Positions 25,901 through 35,121 of a DNA stretch of 61,230 bases are shown piece after piece. Source of the stretch: a virus (Duplodnaviria > Caudoviricetes); the IMG/VR virus record IMGVR_UViG_3300042887_000389, positions 1-61,230 of that record; one strand, given 5' to 3'. Below the pieces are notes generated by a model. That model did not search any database. It was not told where the DNA came from and saw only the letters and a list, made by a program, of their open reading frames with translations. Position numbers and translations under genes: made by a program. How positions within the stretch are numbered: the first letter of the stretch is position 1; the number at the start of each line of letters is the position of its first letter.

Positions 25901-27893
25901 TGGTACTTTGACAGGTGCTTTGAACGGGACTAGTGCTAGTTTTAGTTCTACAATTACTGCACAAAGTAGCGGTGGTAGTGGATTAAGAGTGTATGGTGGT
26001 AGTGGAACTAATCAATGGGATATTTATTTAAACAGCACTAATCTAAGATTCTCAGATAATACAGGTACAGGTTCTATAGTTTTTGACAGGCCTTTGAACG
26101 GGACTAGTGCTAGTTTTACGGGGGATGTTTCATTATCGGGGGCACAAAATGTAAGATGGGGTTTAGATGATGGCTCTGCAAATGCTAGATCATGGGGAAT
26201 AAGAAACGGATATAATGCTTCAGGTGATTTTGTAATTCTTTCATCTTCTACAAATAATACAACCTTAAATACAGTACAATTACAAATAGCAAGAACAGGC
26301 GCGGCTACCTTTTCAGGTGCTTTGAACGGGACTAGTGCTAGTTTTACGGGTACTGTTATAACTCCTTTTATTAATGTAAATTCAGCAAGTGGTCAAATAG
26401 GTAGTTTTAGAAGCACTAGCGTTAATGGTGGTTATGTTACTTGGGAATCTAGTACAGGCACGATTGCGGATATTGGGACAGTTCAGCAAATTTTTGGAAC
26501 AGGAGGTAATGACACTTTTGGCATAAATGCAAGAGGTGCTAGATCTTTAATATTTGGAACAAACAATACTGCAAGATTCACCCTAGCCTCCACAGGTGCG
26601 GCTACCTTCTCAAGTAGCGTGACGGCAACAAGCGGTTCTTTGTTTAACAATAATTCGGGAGTATTAACTCAAGACATTTTAACAATTAGAGGCGGGGGTT
26701 CAAGCGGTGCCTTTGGGTTTAGAGTTGAGGCAAATAATGGTGAATCTATTTTTAGAACTAGTAATTTTACATATAATGTTTTAATGTGTGAAAACGCAGG
26801 AAATGTAGGCATAGGCACGGCTAGTCCTTCAGGCAAATTACATATTGTAACACCCGCGGGGGCTGATTTTCAAACCGCAATTAATTTAGAAAAAGCAGGT
26901 GGATTTGGAAATGTAAATTTGCAATCTTATTATATTGATGTACCTAATTATGGATTAGCAGTAAAGGTTGGAAATGTTACGGGAATGGTTGTCAATGGTG
27001 CCGGTCAAGTAGGCATCGGTACTACTACTCCTCAAGCGACTTTAGATGTTGCAGGAAACATAAGAGTAGGTAATCAATTAGATAGCACTTCAAGATATGT
27101 AGGCAAGATAGGTACTGGCGGTAGTATTAGAAATGCCATAGGATTTATTAGCAGTTCTACAGAAGATTATGTGATGATTAATACTCACCTCTCAGGTCAA
27201 AGAAGTGGTGAATGCGCACGATTTACTGGTGCAGGATACTTGAAGGCTAGTCCTACGGGAACATATACTTACGGAAACAATGTTTATACTTTTCATAGTA
27301 TTGAAAATAATGTAGCAGATTGGGCAGCAGGAATAGTTAATAATTCAGCATCAAATAATTATGGACTTTTAATTACATATCCTAACAATGCTCCAAATGG
27401 CGGAGATAATTGGTTTATATTTTGTTCAGATTTGCAGAATGCTAGATTTAGAGTTGCATCAAATGGAAACGTAACCAACACAAACGGATCTTATGGTTCT
27501 ATTTCAGATATTAAACTAAAAGAGAATATCACAGATGCTACCCCTAAATTAGAAGACCTTCTAAAAGTCAAGATTAGAAACTACAATTTGATAGGGGAAG
27601 AGACCAAGCAAATAGGGGTAATTGCTCAAGAACTTGAGGAAGTATTCCCTGCAATGATTGACGAATCCGAAGACTTTGAAGAGGTAGAAGTACCACAACT
27701 TGATGAGGAAGGAAACGAGATGCTAAATGAGGAAGGCGAAGTAGTAACTACCAAGCAAAGAGTAAGCAAAGGTACTACCACCAAGTCTGTTAAATATTCA
27801 GTATTCGTACCTATGTTGATCAAGGCTATCCAAGAACAGCAGGAGATTATAAATGAAATGAGAGCAGAAATAGATTCACTTAAAACCAAATAA
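22929..27893 (+). CDS. Tail fibre with C-terminal intramolecular chaperone (peptidase S74)
   Basis: Gly/Thr/Ser-rich repeats (YLPL.GGTLTG, GNVGIGT.SP), SDIKLKENI, GVIAQELEEVFP, MLIKAIQEQQ coiled coil. Confidence 0.9.
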   Translation: MAKISTYPILSTPTLNDLLIGTDVENLNITKNFSIGDIASFIVGGSYVPYVGATGNVNLGAFNITSSSFIVGGGLATQFLKANGTLDSTVYQPAGNYITQLSGEATASGPGNASVTLSNSAVINKVLTGLTITGSVIVATDSILTAFGKVQNQINTLVGGVQYQGTWNAATNTPTLTSSVGVQGHYYVVSVPGSTNLNGITDWKLGDWAIYNGTAWDKIDNTDAVISVNGEVGAVVLTTTNISEGTNLYFTNSRARTAINLTTTGNSGAATYNNTNGFFNIPEYTLSGLGGVPLTRQLTINGTAFDLSANRSWNVGTVTSVGTNAPLTGGTITGSGTIGITQAGASSDGYLSSTDWTTFNSKQNVITNPVTGTGTAFFLPMWASASSLINSPLSYASDAFTFGYNSATGGTVNFTNSGLTPYTYSIQMNNFGSPRSTIHSYTDGVVVQSIGGTQVSRIFANGNTVLGIGIVDNGNKLEIEGSLKVNTIDNATTDTDRFLVSDLGVIKYRTGTELRSDIGAGVGSVTSVGLTMPSAFSVANSPVTGSGTLAVTGAGSASQYVRGDGTLADFPTTTGGGSSVSYYLNGSVSQGTIGGVAYRELSEIPIFGAGTDISIAADGYIASFITDAGDPSLLNIPAGNWNFETYFSASSGGGTPTFYVELYRYDGTTFTLIASSSGTPELISFGTNIQPYFSTLAVPQTALALTDRLAIRYYVATSGRTITLHTEDNHLCQVITTFSNGLTALNGLTEQVQYFQVGTSGTDFNIVSSVATHTFNLPDASTSNRGVVTTGTQTFAGYKIFNGTIGANVDIQLATQGTALNTFIKNINATGQTSIGSNGFGFNNANNIYFSGSSKGGGIIAFNNTGNQTYTLQNASGTLAFTSDLGGYLPLTGGTLTGALNGTSANFTGNLGSDTSVFANQAFRSLHSGSVSTINGYNSIQGDANGFIVANTTKGFRINFPSNSSFTQTLPDASGTIALTSNLSAYLPLAGGTLTGALNGTSASFSSTITAQSSGGSGLRVYGGSGTNQWDIYLNSTNLRFSDNTGTGSIVFDRPLNGTSASFTGDVSLSGAQNVRWGLDDGSANARSWGIRNGYNASGDFVILSSSTNNTTLNTVQLQIARTGAATFSGALNGTSASFTGTVITPFINVNSASGQIGSFRSTSVNGGYVTWESSTGTIADIGTVQQIFGTGGNDTFGINARGARSLIFGTNNTARFTLASTGAATFSSSVTATSGSLFNNNSGVLTQDILTIRGGGSSGAFGFRVEANNGESIFRTSNFTYNVLMCENAGNVGIGTASPSGKLHIVTPAGADFQTAINLEKAGGFGNVNLQSYYIDVPNYGLAVKVGNVTGMVVNGAGQVGIGTTTPQATLDVAGNIRVGNQLDSTSRYVGKIGTGGSIRNAIGFISSSTEDYVMINTHLSGQRSGECARFTGAGYLKASPTGTYTYGNNVYTFHSIENNVADWAAGIVNNSASNNYGLLITYPNNAPNGGDNWFIFCSDLQNARFRVASNGNVTNTNGSYGSISDIKLKENITDATPKLEDLLKVKIRNYNLIGEETKQIGVIAQELEEVFPAMIDESEDFEEVEVPQLDEEGNEMLNEEGEVVTTKQRVSKGTTTKSVKYSVFVPMLIKAIQEQQEIINEMRAEIDSLKTK

Positions 27894-27900
27894 AAACAAA

Positions 27901-27969
27901 ATGAAAATCACGCTTAACGAAGACCAAATCAAAATGCTAGAAGCATGGGCCGGGATGTCCTTCATTTAA
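27901..27969 (+). pseudogene. 22-codon ORF, possible remnant of a small fibre-associated gene
   Basis: MKITLNEDQIKMLEAWAGMSFI* with a good A-rich leader but abrupt end. Confidence 0.35.
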
Positions 27970-27982
27970 ATAAAAATATACC

Positions 27983-28225
27983 ATGTCAACTATTAATTCA
28001 TACGCTAACGATACCACTCCATCTTACACTGATAAGTTGATTGGAACAGATGCACAGGATAGCAACAAGACTAAGAACTTTACTATCGGAACAATTCTAT
28101 CAATGCCTCTACCATCTGTACCTGTATACGCTAACAATACAGCGGCACTAGCAGGTGGTCTTGTGGCAGGCAACGTGTACCGAATCACAGGGACAGGACA
28201 ACTAGGAGTGGTATATACTCCATAA
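27983..28225 (+). CDS. Short virion protein sharing the tail-fibre N-terminal anchor
   Basis: D.LIGTD......TKNF.IG.I shared with the N-terminus of 22929 ORF. Confidence 0.7.
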   Translation: MSTINSYANDTTPSYTDKLIGTDAQDSNKTKNFTIGTILSMPLPSVPVYANNTAALAGGLVAGNVYRITGTGQLGVVYTP

Positions 28226-28249
28226 TCCTGCCTAATAAAATTTAATCTA

Positions 28250-28477
28250 ATGGACATAAGAAAAATATCAGTAGGACCAGACTATAAGGGTAGCTCCATG
28301 CACTACATCGTAGGGCAGAAGGTACTTGGTGATAGTCATGAGATTCATCTCATTAAGTTCACCATAGACACAGGAGCAATTAGAATTTATATTATCAACG
28401 AGAAGCAGGAGGTAGTTCTTTGGAAGGAGTTCAACTACACTATGCCTGTTGCAATTGAATACAATATAAACTACTAA
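28250..28477 (+). CDS. Conserved hypothetical protein
   Basis: MDIRKISVGPDYK..MHY.VGQ...WKEFN..MP..IEYN. Confidence 0.75.
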   Translation: MDIRKISVGPDYKGSSMHYIVGQKVLGDSHEIHLIKFTIDTGAIRIYIINEKQEVVLWKEFNYTMPVAIEYNINY

Positions 28478-29040
28478 TGCAGTCCCCATTTGATTTTATC
28501 GTGAAGCCAATAAATGGTGAGCGATACAACAACACCAAGGACATTGGTGGCATTGAGTTTATTGTCAACACATCAGAGGAGGACCACAAGTTCTCCAACA
28601 GATATGCTGAGGTGATCGAGGTGCCCTATGGATACGATGGTCCTGTGCAGCAGGGTGATACACTATTGGTACACCATAATGCATTTAAGTTCTACAATGA
28701 CATTAGAGGTAGACGTAAGAGTGGTCGGTCATTTTTTAGAGACGATAAGTTCTTCATAGAGCCTGACCAGTTCTACCTATATCGCAGAGGCGATATTTGG
28801 TACACCTATGACCGCTACTGCTTTGTTAAGCCTATCCCAGCAATTGATAGTTACATTAAGAAGCCATTCACTCACGAGCCACTCATGGGAGAGATGGTTT
28901 ACCCTAATGCCTATCTCCTATCTCAAGGTATTCGTACAGGTGACAAGATATGCTTCAAGCCAGACAGTGAGTATGAGTTTGATGTGGATGGGGAGAAGTT
29001 GTATAGGATGTTTGACCATCAGATAACTATCAAGCTATGA
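28477..29040 (+). CDS. GroES-like (tandem domain) protein
   Basis: AEVIEVP...VQQGDTLLVHHN and GIRTGDKICF..DSEYEFDVDGEKLYRM resemble GroES beta-barrels. Confidence 0.55.
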   Translation: MQSPFDFIVKPINGERYNNTKDIGGIEFIVNTSEEDHKFSNRYAEVIEVPYGYDGPVQQGDTLLVHHNAFKFYNDIRGRRKSGRSFFRDDKFFIEPDQFYLYRRGDIWYTYDRYCFVKPIPAIDSYIKKPFTHEPLMGEMVYPNAYLLSQGIRTGDKICFKPDSEYEFDVDGEKLYRMFDHQITIKL

Positions 29041-29330
29041 GAGACCCTAAAGAAATTAAGTTAAAGATAATTGAGGCAGGGCACCAGGCTGTAGAGCAAC
29101 TAATTAAGGTCGCCAAGGAGGCCATCATTAAGCATGAGGATGACGATGAGTTGTCTGCTGACAGATTAAAGAATGCCGCAGCGACAAAGAAGTTAGCCAT
29201 CTTTGATGCGTTTGAGATTCTCAACAGAATAGAGGCTGAGCGTGAAGCTCTTGAGATGTTGGACAAGGGAGTGAACAGAACAGAAACTAAACAAGGATTT
29301 GCAGAGCGAAGGTCTATATCGAATCGTTAA
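29037..29330 (+). CDS. Putative terminase small subunit
   Basis: Helical 97-aa ORF directly before the terminase large subunit; ends GFAERRS. Confidence 0.55.
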   Translation: MRDPKEIKLKIIEAGHQAVEQLIKVAKEAIIKHEDDDELSADRLKNAAATKKLAIFDAFEILNRIEAEREALEMLDKGVNRTETKQGFAERRSISNR

Positions 29331-31536
29331 GGATCACGTCCCACAGAACTCTTTAAATAAAAAGAATAGTGGAAGGACATGGATGTACGGCTACAATGAG
29401 CAGTACGACATGGTGGTTATATCTAGGACTGGAGAGATAGGTGATATCATAAATATCTCAGGGCTGAATATTGCCCTGCCTAAGGCACCTAAAGATTGCT
29501 ATCGCAGGAGTGACTCTCCTGCAAAGCAGTACTGGGAGAGGCAAGATTTGCCAAAGGAGTTGTCAAAGATACAGTCAATCTTTCACTGGAATGAGATGCC
29601 TGCTGAGTTTAAGGACAGGTGGGTGGACTACATTGAGACAGAGTTTGATAGGCGTGAGGAGGGTATGTGGTTCATGAACAATGGTGAGCCAACATACATC
29701 ACAGGGTCTCACTACATGTACTTGCAGTGGTCCAGCATTGACGTAGGATACGCAGACTATCGTGAGGCTAACCGCATATTCTTTATATTCTGGGAGGCAT
29801 GCAGAGCAGACACTAGGGCATTTGGTATGATATACCTAAAGATTAGACGCTCAGGGTTCTCATTCATGTCATCATCAGAGTGCGTGAACATAGCCACTCT
29901 TGCTCGTGACTCTCGTGTTGGTATCCTATCTAAGACAGGTGCTGATGCTAAGAAGATGTTCACTGACAAGGTGGTCCCAATAAATAGCAGGCTACCATTC
30001 TTCTTCAGACCTATCATGGATGGTATGGACAAGCCAAAGACTGAGCTTGCGTACCGGGTACCTGCTTCTAAGATTACTAAGAAGAACATGGCGAATGCCT
30101 CTGACACTGAAGTGATTGGTCTTGACACCACCATTGACTGGAAGAACACGGAGGAGAACTCTTACGATGGTGAGAAGTTATTATTTTTGGCACATGATGA
30201 GAGTGCTAAGTGGACCAAGCCAAACAACATTCTCAACAACTGGCGAGTAACTAAGACCTGTCTCAGGGTGGGTAGCAAGATTATTGGCAAGTGCATGATG
30301 GGGTCTACATCAAATGCGTTGAGCAAGGGTGGAGACAACTATAAGAAACTATACGATGACTCAAATGTATTAACTAGAAATGCAAATGGACAAACTAAGA
30401 GCGGTCTATACTCATTGTTTATACCAATGGAGTGGAACATGGAGGGATTCATTGATAGGTATGGCATGCCTGTACTTAGAAAGCCTTCTGCTCCTATCCT
30501 TGGTGTTGACAACCAGATGATACGTAATGGTGCCATAGACTATTGGGAGGCTGAGGTGGACTCATTGAAGAATGATGCCGATGCACTCAACGAGTTCTAT
30601 CGCCAGTTCCCTCGCACGGAGAGCCATGCGTTCAGGGACGAGAGCAAGTCATCTATCTTTAACTTGACTAAAATCTATCAGCAGATAGACTACAATGACT
30701 CAATGATTGAGGGGCAGATGGTCACACGTGGGTCCTTTCATTGGAAGGATGGTGAGAAGGATGGCAAGGTTATATGGACACCTGACCAGCGTGGCAGGTT
30801 CTTAATTAGTTGGGTCCCTCCTACTAACATGCAGAACAATGTGGTGAATAGGAACGGAATGAAGTATCCTGGCAACGAGCACCTTGGCTCATTTGGCTGT
30901 GACCCATATGATATCTCTGCCGTAGTAGGTGGGAGAGGATCTAATGGTGCGTTGCATGGGATGACTAAGTACCACATGGACGATGCTCCTGCAAACCAGT
31001 TCTTCTTAGAGTACATTGCTAGACCACAGACTGCTGAGATATTCTTCGAAGATGTGCTGATGGCCTGTGTGTTCTATGGGATGCCAATGCTTGCGGAGAA
31101 TAACAAGGCACGTATACTGTACCACTTTAAGAACAGGGGCTACAGAGCGTTCTCATTGAACAGACCTGACAGGGTGCTGAACAAGTTGAGCAAGACAGAG
31201 CGTGAGTTGGGTGGCATACCTAACTCAAGTGAAGAAGTGAAGCAGGCACACGCCTCTGCTATTGAGTCGTATATTGAGAAGTTCATTGGGTTTGATATGA
31301 CATCTACCTACCGACCAGCGGATGAGATAGGCACAATGCCATTCATTAGAACGCTTGAGGACTGGGCTAAGTTTGATATTAATGACCGAACAAAGCACGA
31401 TGCATCAATCAGTTCTGGATTAGCTATAATGGCAAATCAAAAACATGTATATTTACCAGATAAAAAAGAGTCGAAAATTAGTGTTAATTTCGCAAAGTAC
31501 GCTAACACTGGAAATCAAAGTAAAATTATTAGATGA
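29299..31536 (+). CDS. terL: Terminase large subunit
   Basis: LKIRRSGFS (Walker A variant), LAHDE (Walker B), GSTSN, GCDPYD nuclease, HDASISSGLA. Confidence 0.9.
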   Translation: MQSEGLYRIVKDHVPQNSLNKKNSGRTWMYGYNEQYDMVVISRTGEIGDIINISGLNIALPKAPKDCYRRSDSPAKQYWERQDLPKELSKIQSIFHWNEMPAEFKDRWVDYIETEFDRREEGMWFMNNGEPTYITGSHYMYLQWSSIDVGYADYREANRIFFIFWEACRADTRAFGMIYLKIRRSGFSFMSSSECVNIATLARDSRVGILSKTGADAKKMFTDKVVPINSRLPFFFRPIMDGMDKPKTELAYRVPASKITKKNMANASDTEVIGLDTTIDWKNTEENSYDGEKLLFLAHDESAKWTKPNNILNNWRVTKTCLRVGSKIIGKCMMGSTSNALSKGGDNYKKLYDDSNVLTRNANGQTKSGLYSLFIPMEWNMEGFIDRYGMPVLRKPSAPILGVDNQMIRNGAIDYWEAEVDSLKNDADALNEFYRQFPRTESHAFRDESKSSIFNLTKIYQQIDYNDSMIEGQMVTRGSFHWKDGEKDGKVIWTPDQRGRFLISWVPPTNMQNNVVNRNGMKYPGNEHLGSFGCDPYDISAVVGGRGSNGALHGMTKYHMDDAPANQFFLEYIARPQTAEIFFEDVLMACVFYGMPMLAENNKARILYHFKNRGYRAFSLNRPDRVLNKLSKTERELGGIPNSSEEVKQAHASAIESYIEKFIGFDMTSTYRPADEIGTMPFIRTLEDWAKFDINDRTKHDASISSGLAIMANQKHVYLPDKKESKISVNFAKYANTGNQSKIIR

Positions 31537-33968
31537 AAGATGTCGTAGTCAATATATCTTCAACAGCATTTCCAAGCCAGTTTGTTTCTGATTCGGAGAA
31601 AGCAACACCTGAGTTTGGTCTTCAGGTGGGACAAGCCATTCAGTATGAGTGGTTTAGAAAAGATGGAAGTCAATGCAGATATTACAATCAGTGGGCTGAG
31701 TTTAATCGCTTGCGTTTATACGCACGTGGTGAGCAGTCCATTCAGAAATATAAGAATGAGTTAGCCATTGATGGTGACTTATCTTACCTAAACCTTGACT
31801 GGACTCCAGTTCCTATTCTCCCTAAGTTTGTTGACATTGTTGTTAACGGCATGGGAGATAGACTCTTTAAGGTTAAGGCATACGCACAGGATGCGATGTC
31901 TCAGGCTAAGAGGAGTAAGTATCAGGACATGATTGAGAGCCAGATGCTTTCTAAGGATTTGCTTCTAAAGATACAGGGCGAGACTGGCGTTAATCCATTT
32001 GTTACTAACCCGGAGGAGTTGCCTCAGACTGATGAGGAACTATCTCTATACATGCAGCTTAAGTATAAGCCTGCGATTGAGATTGCTGAAGAGGAGGCTA
32101 TTAATACCATTCTTGATGAGAATCACTACCAAGATACACGCAAGCGTATTGACTACGACTTAACGGTACTAGGAATTGGCATTGCTAAGCATGAGTTCTT
32201 ACCAGGGTCTGGCGTTGAGGTGTCCTATGTTGACCCTGCCAATGTTGTGTACAGTTACACTGAGGACCCATTCTTTAAGGACTGCTTCTATTGGGGAGAG
32301 ATTAAGACTCTTCCTATGACTGAGTTGCTTAAGATTGACCCGACTCTTACACGTGAGCAGTTGGAAGAGATATCCAAATACTCTCAGAGTTGGTATGACT
32401 ACTACAATGTTGCTCGATTCTACGAGAACAGCATGTTCTATCGTGATACCTGCACCTTGCTTTACTTCAACTATAAGACCACCAAGAAGATGGTCTACAA
32501 GAAGAAGATTCTTGAAGGTGGTGGTACTCGTGTTATAGAGAAGGATGACAAGTTTAATCCTCCTGTAGAGATGATGGAGGAAGGTCGATTCGAGAAGATT
32601 GAGAAGACCATTGACGTGTGGTATGATGGTGTCATGGTGATGGGTACCAACTTCTTGTTGAAGTGGGAACTATCTGAGAACATGGTAAGACCAAAGTCTG
32701 CATCTCAGCATGCTATACCAAACTATGTGGCATGTGCACCACGCATGTACAAGGGTGCTATTGAGTCGTTGGTGAGAAGGATGATACCTTTTGCTGACTT
32801 GATTCAGTTGACTCACTTAAAGTTACAGCAGGTCATTGCACGTACGGTGCCTGATGGTGTGTTCATTGATGCGGATGGATTGAATGAGGTTGATTTGGGA
32901 ACAGGTGCAGCATACAACCCTGAGGATGCGTTGAGACTATACTTCCAGACTGGTAGTGTTATTGGGCGTAGTTACACTCAGGATGGTGACTTTAACAATG
33001 CACGAGTTCCTATTCAGCAGCTTACATCTAACTCAGGTGCGGCTAAGACTCAGATGTTGATTGCTAACTACAATCACTATCTAGACATGATCCGTTCTGT
33101 GACTGGTCTTAATGAGGCTAGAGATGGATCTACTCCAGATCCTAACGCATTGGTTGGTGTACAGAAACTTGCAGCACTTAATTCAAACACAGCAACTAGA
33201 CACATCCTTGAGAGTGGTCTATTTATTTATCGTACAATTGCTGAGGCACTTACGTATCGTGTTGCTGACATTCTTCAGTACGCTGACTTCAAGGATGACT
33301 TTGCTAATAAGATTGGCAAGTACAACGTGTCTATCTTGAATGACATTAAGGACCTTTACATCTACGACTTTGGTATCTTCATTGAGATTTCTCCAGACGA
33401 GGAGCAGAAGGCACAACTTGAGCAGAACATTCAGGTTGCTCTAGCCAAGGGTGATATTAATCTTGAGGATGCTATTGACATTAGAGAGATTAAGAATCTT
33501 AAACTTGCTAACCAGTTATTGAAACTCAAGAGAGTGAAGAAGCAGGAGCGTGAGGAGAAGATGGCTATGCAGAAGCAGGAGATGATGGCTCAGCAGCAGT
33601 TGCAATCTCAAGAATTTGCAGCGCAGACTGCTATGCAGAACATACAGTTAGAGGCTCAAGCCAAGATGCAATTGAAGCAGGCTGAGGTGGCGTTTGACAT
33701 TGAGAAGTTGAAGGCAGAGGCTGAGCTTAAGAGAATGTTGATGGCTGAAGAGTTTAACTATCAGATGCAGATTTCTGGTGCTAAAGAATCATTGCTCGCA
33801 GATAGAGACATGATGAAGGAAGAATCTAAAGCCAAGAGAATTAGTCAGCAGAACACTGAGCAGTCTAAGTTGATTAATCAGAGGAAGAATAACTTACCTC
33901 CGTTAAACTTTGAATCCAATGAGGATACGCTTGATGGGTTCGATATGGCAGAGTTTGAGCCACGTTAA
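31533..33968 (+). CDS. Portal protein
   Basis: 811 aa directly after terL; PILPKFVDIVVNG, TGLNEARDG, Gln-rich C-terminal coiled coil. Confidence 0.85.
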   Translation: MKDVVVNISSTAFPSQFVSDSEKATPEFGLQVGQAIQYEWFRKDGSQCRYYNQWAEFNRLRLYARGEQSIQKYKNELAIDGDLSYLNLDWTPVPILPKFVDIVVNGMGDRLFKVKAYAQDAMSQAKRSKYQDMIESQMLSKDLLLKIQGETGVNPFVTNPEELPQTDEELSLYMQLKYKPAIEIAEEEAINTILDENHYQDTRKRIDYDLTVLGIGIAKHEFLPGSGVEVSYVDPANVVYSYTEDPFFKDCFYWGEIKTLPMTELLKIDPTLTREQLEEISKYSQSWYDYYNVARFYENSMFYRDTCTLLYFNYKTTKKMVYKKKILEGGGTRVIEKDDKFNPPVEMMEEGRFEKIEKTIDVWYDGVMVMGTNFLLKWELSENMVRPKSASQHAIPNYVACAPRMYKGAIESLVRRMIPFADLIQLTHLKLQQVIARTVPDGVFIDADGLNEVDLGTGAAYNPEDALRLYFQTGSVIGRSYTQDGDFNNARVPIQQLTSNSGAAKTQMLIANYNHYLDMIRSVTGLNEARDGSTPDPNALVGVQKLAALNSNTATRHILESGLFIYRTIAEALTYRVADILQYADFKDDFANKIGKYNVSILNDIKDLYIYDFGIFIEISPDEEQKAQLEQNIQVALAKGDINLEDAIDIREIKNLKLANQLLKLKRVKKQEREEKMAMQKQEMMAQQQLQSQEFAAQTAMQNIQLEAQAKMQLKQAEVAFDIEKLKAEAELKRMLMAEEFNYQMQISGAKESLLADRDMMKEESKAKRISQQNTEQSKLINQRKNNLPPLNFESNEDTLDGFDMAEFEPR

Positions 33969-34004
33969 AAAAAAATATATATTTGTAACATAAAATCTAA
34001 TTAA

Positions 34005-35102
34005 ATGGAAATCAAAGTAAGATCACTAGATGCAGTTGAGCCAAAAAGTATTCAGGAAGTTGAACAAGAACTTCTCGAAAAGCATGAAAAGGAAATCAAC
34101 GGTGAGGTATCAATTGGTTTGGATACTTCTAGTATTGACAATGGAGTTCAAGATACTCCTCCACAAGAGGAGGAATTATCTGAAGAAAAAGTTCTTTCAT
34201 ATATTGGAAAGAGATACAATAAGCAAATCAATTCATTCGATGAGTTGATGGATCAGAGACAGGTAAATGAAGAATTACCTGAGGATGTTTCAGCTTATTT
34301 AAATTATAAGAAGGATACTGGTCGTGGCTTCGATGACTTCCTAAAGCTTAGGAAAGATTACGATGCTATGGACCCTGATAACCTTCTTAGAGAGTACCTT
34401 GCAGATACGCAACAGAATCTTGATTCTGAGGATATCGATGTCTTAATGGAGGAGTATACCTACGATGAGGACCTAGATGAGGAATCAAAGATTAAGCGTA
34501 CAAAGATTGCAAGAAAGAAAGCTATTGCCGAGGCGAAGAACTACTTCAACTCTCAGAAAGAGAAATATAAGTTTCCGCTTGAGTCAAGTGGTATGGGCTT
34601 ATCTCAGGAAGAGAAGGAGGAGTTTGATGCTTATCGTCAGTATACAAAACAGTCAAAGAGTATAGAGGAGGAAAGTAATCGGAAGCGTAAGTGGTTTGAC
34701 CAAAAGACAGATGAGGTCTTTAGTAAAGACTTCAAAGGATTTGAGTTCGACATTAACGATAAGAAGATTCTATTTACTCCGGCATCTGCTTCAGAATTAA
34801 AGAGTGCTCAGTCAAGTCCATTAAACTTTGTTAATAAGTTCTTGGATGAGAGTGGACTAATTAAGGATGCTGCTGGATACCACAAGTCTTTGTCTATCGC
34901 AATGAATCCTGAGAAGTTTGCCAAGTTCTTTTATGAGCAAGGGCAGGCGGATGCTACCGATGACGTTTTACGTAAGACCAAAAATATAAATATGTCTGAG
35001 CGTAGAGCTCCTGAGGTTGTTAATAAGGGTGGAATGCAGGTGAAGGCGGTTGCGCCAGACTCTGGAAGGGGTCTAAAAATCCGCAGTATTAAAAAAATCT
35101 AA
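34005..35102 (+). CDS. Putative capsid scaffolding protein
   Basis: Highly acidic, helical; between portal and capsid; promoter box 33978. Confidence 0.65.
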   Translation: MEIKVRSLDAVEPKSIQEVEQELLEKHEKEINGEVSIGLDTSSIDNGVQDTPPQEEELSEEKVLSYIGKRYNKQINSFDELMDQRQVNEELPEDVSAYLNYKKDTGRGFDDFLKLRKDYDAMDPDNLLREYLADTQQNLDSEDIDVLMEEYTYDEDLDEESKIKRTKIARKKAIAEAKNYFNSQKEKYKFPLESSGMGLSQEEKEEFDAYRQYTKQSKSIEEESNRKRKWFDQKTDEVFSKDFKGFEFDINDKKILFTPASASELKSAQSSPLNFVNKFLDESGLIKDAAGYHKSLSIAMNPEKFAKFFYEQGQADATDDVLRKTKNINMSERRAPEVVNKGGMQVKAVAPDSGRGLKIRSIKKI

Positions 35103-35121
35103 CAACTAAAAAAACAAAACA

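Noticed and set aside
22929-27893. Diversity-generating retroelement or invertase shufflon acting on the tail fibre
   Set aside because: No reverse transcriptase or recombinase recognised; repeats are direct and show no adenine-specific variation
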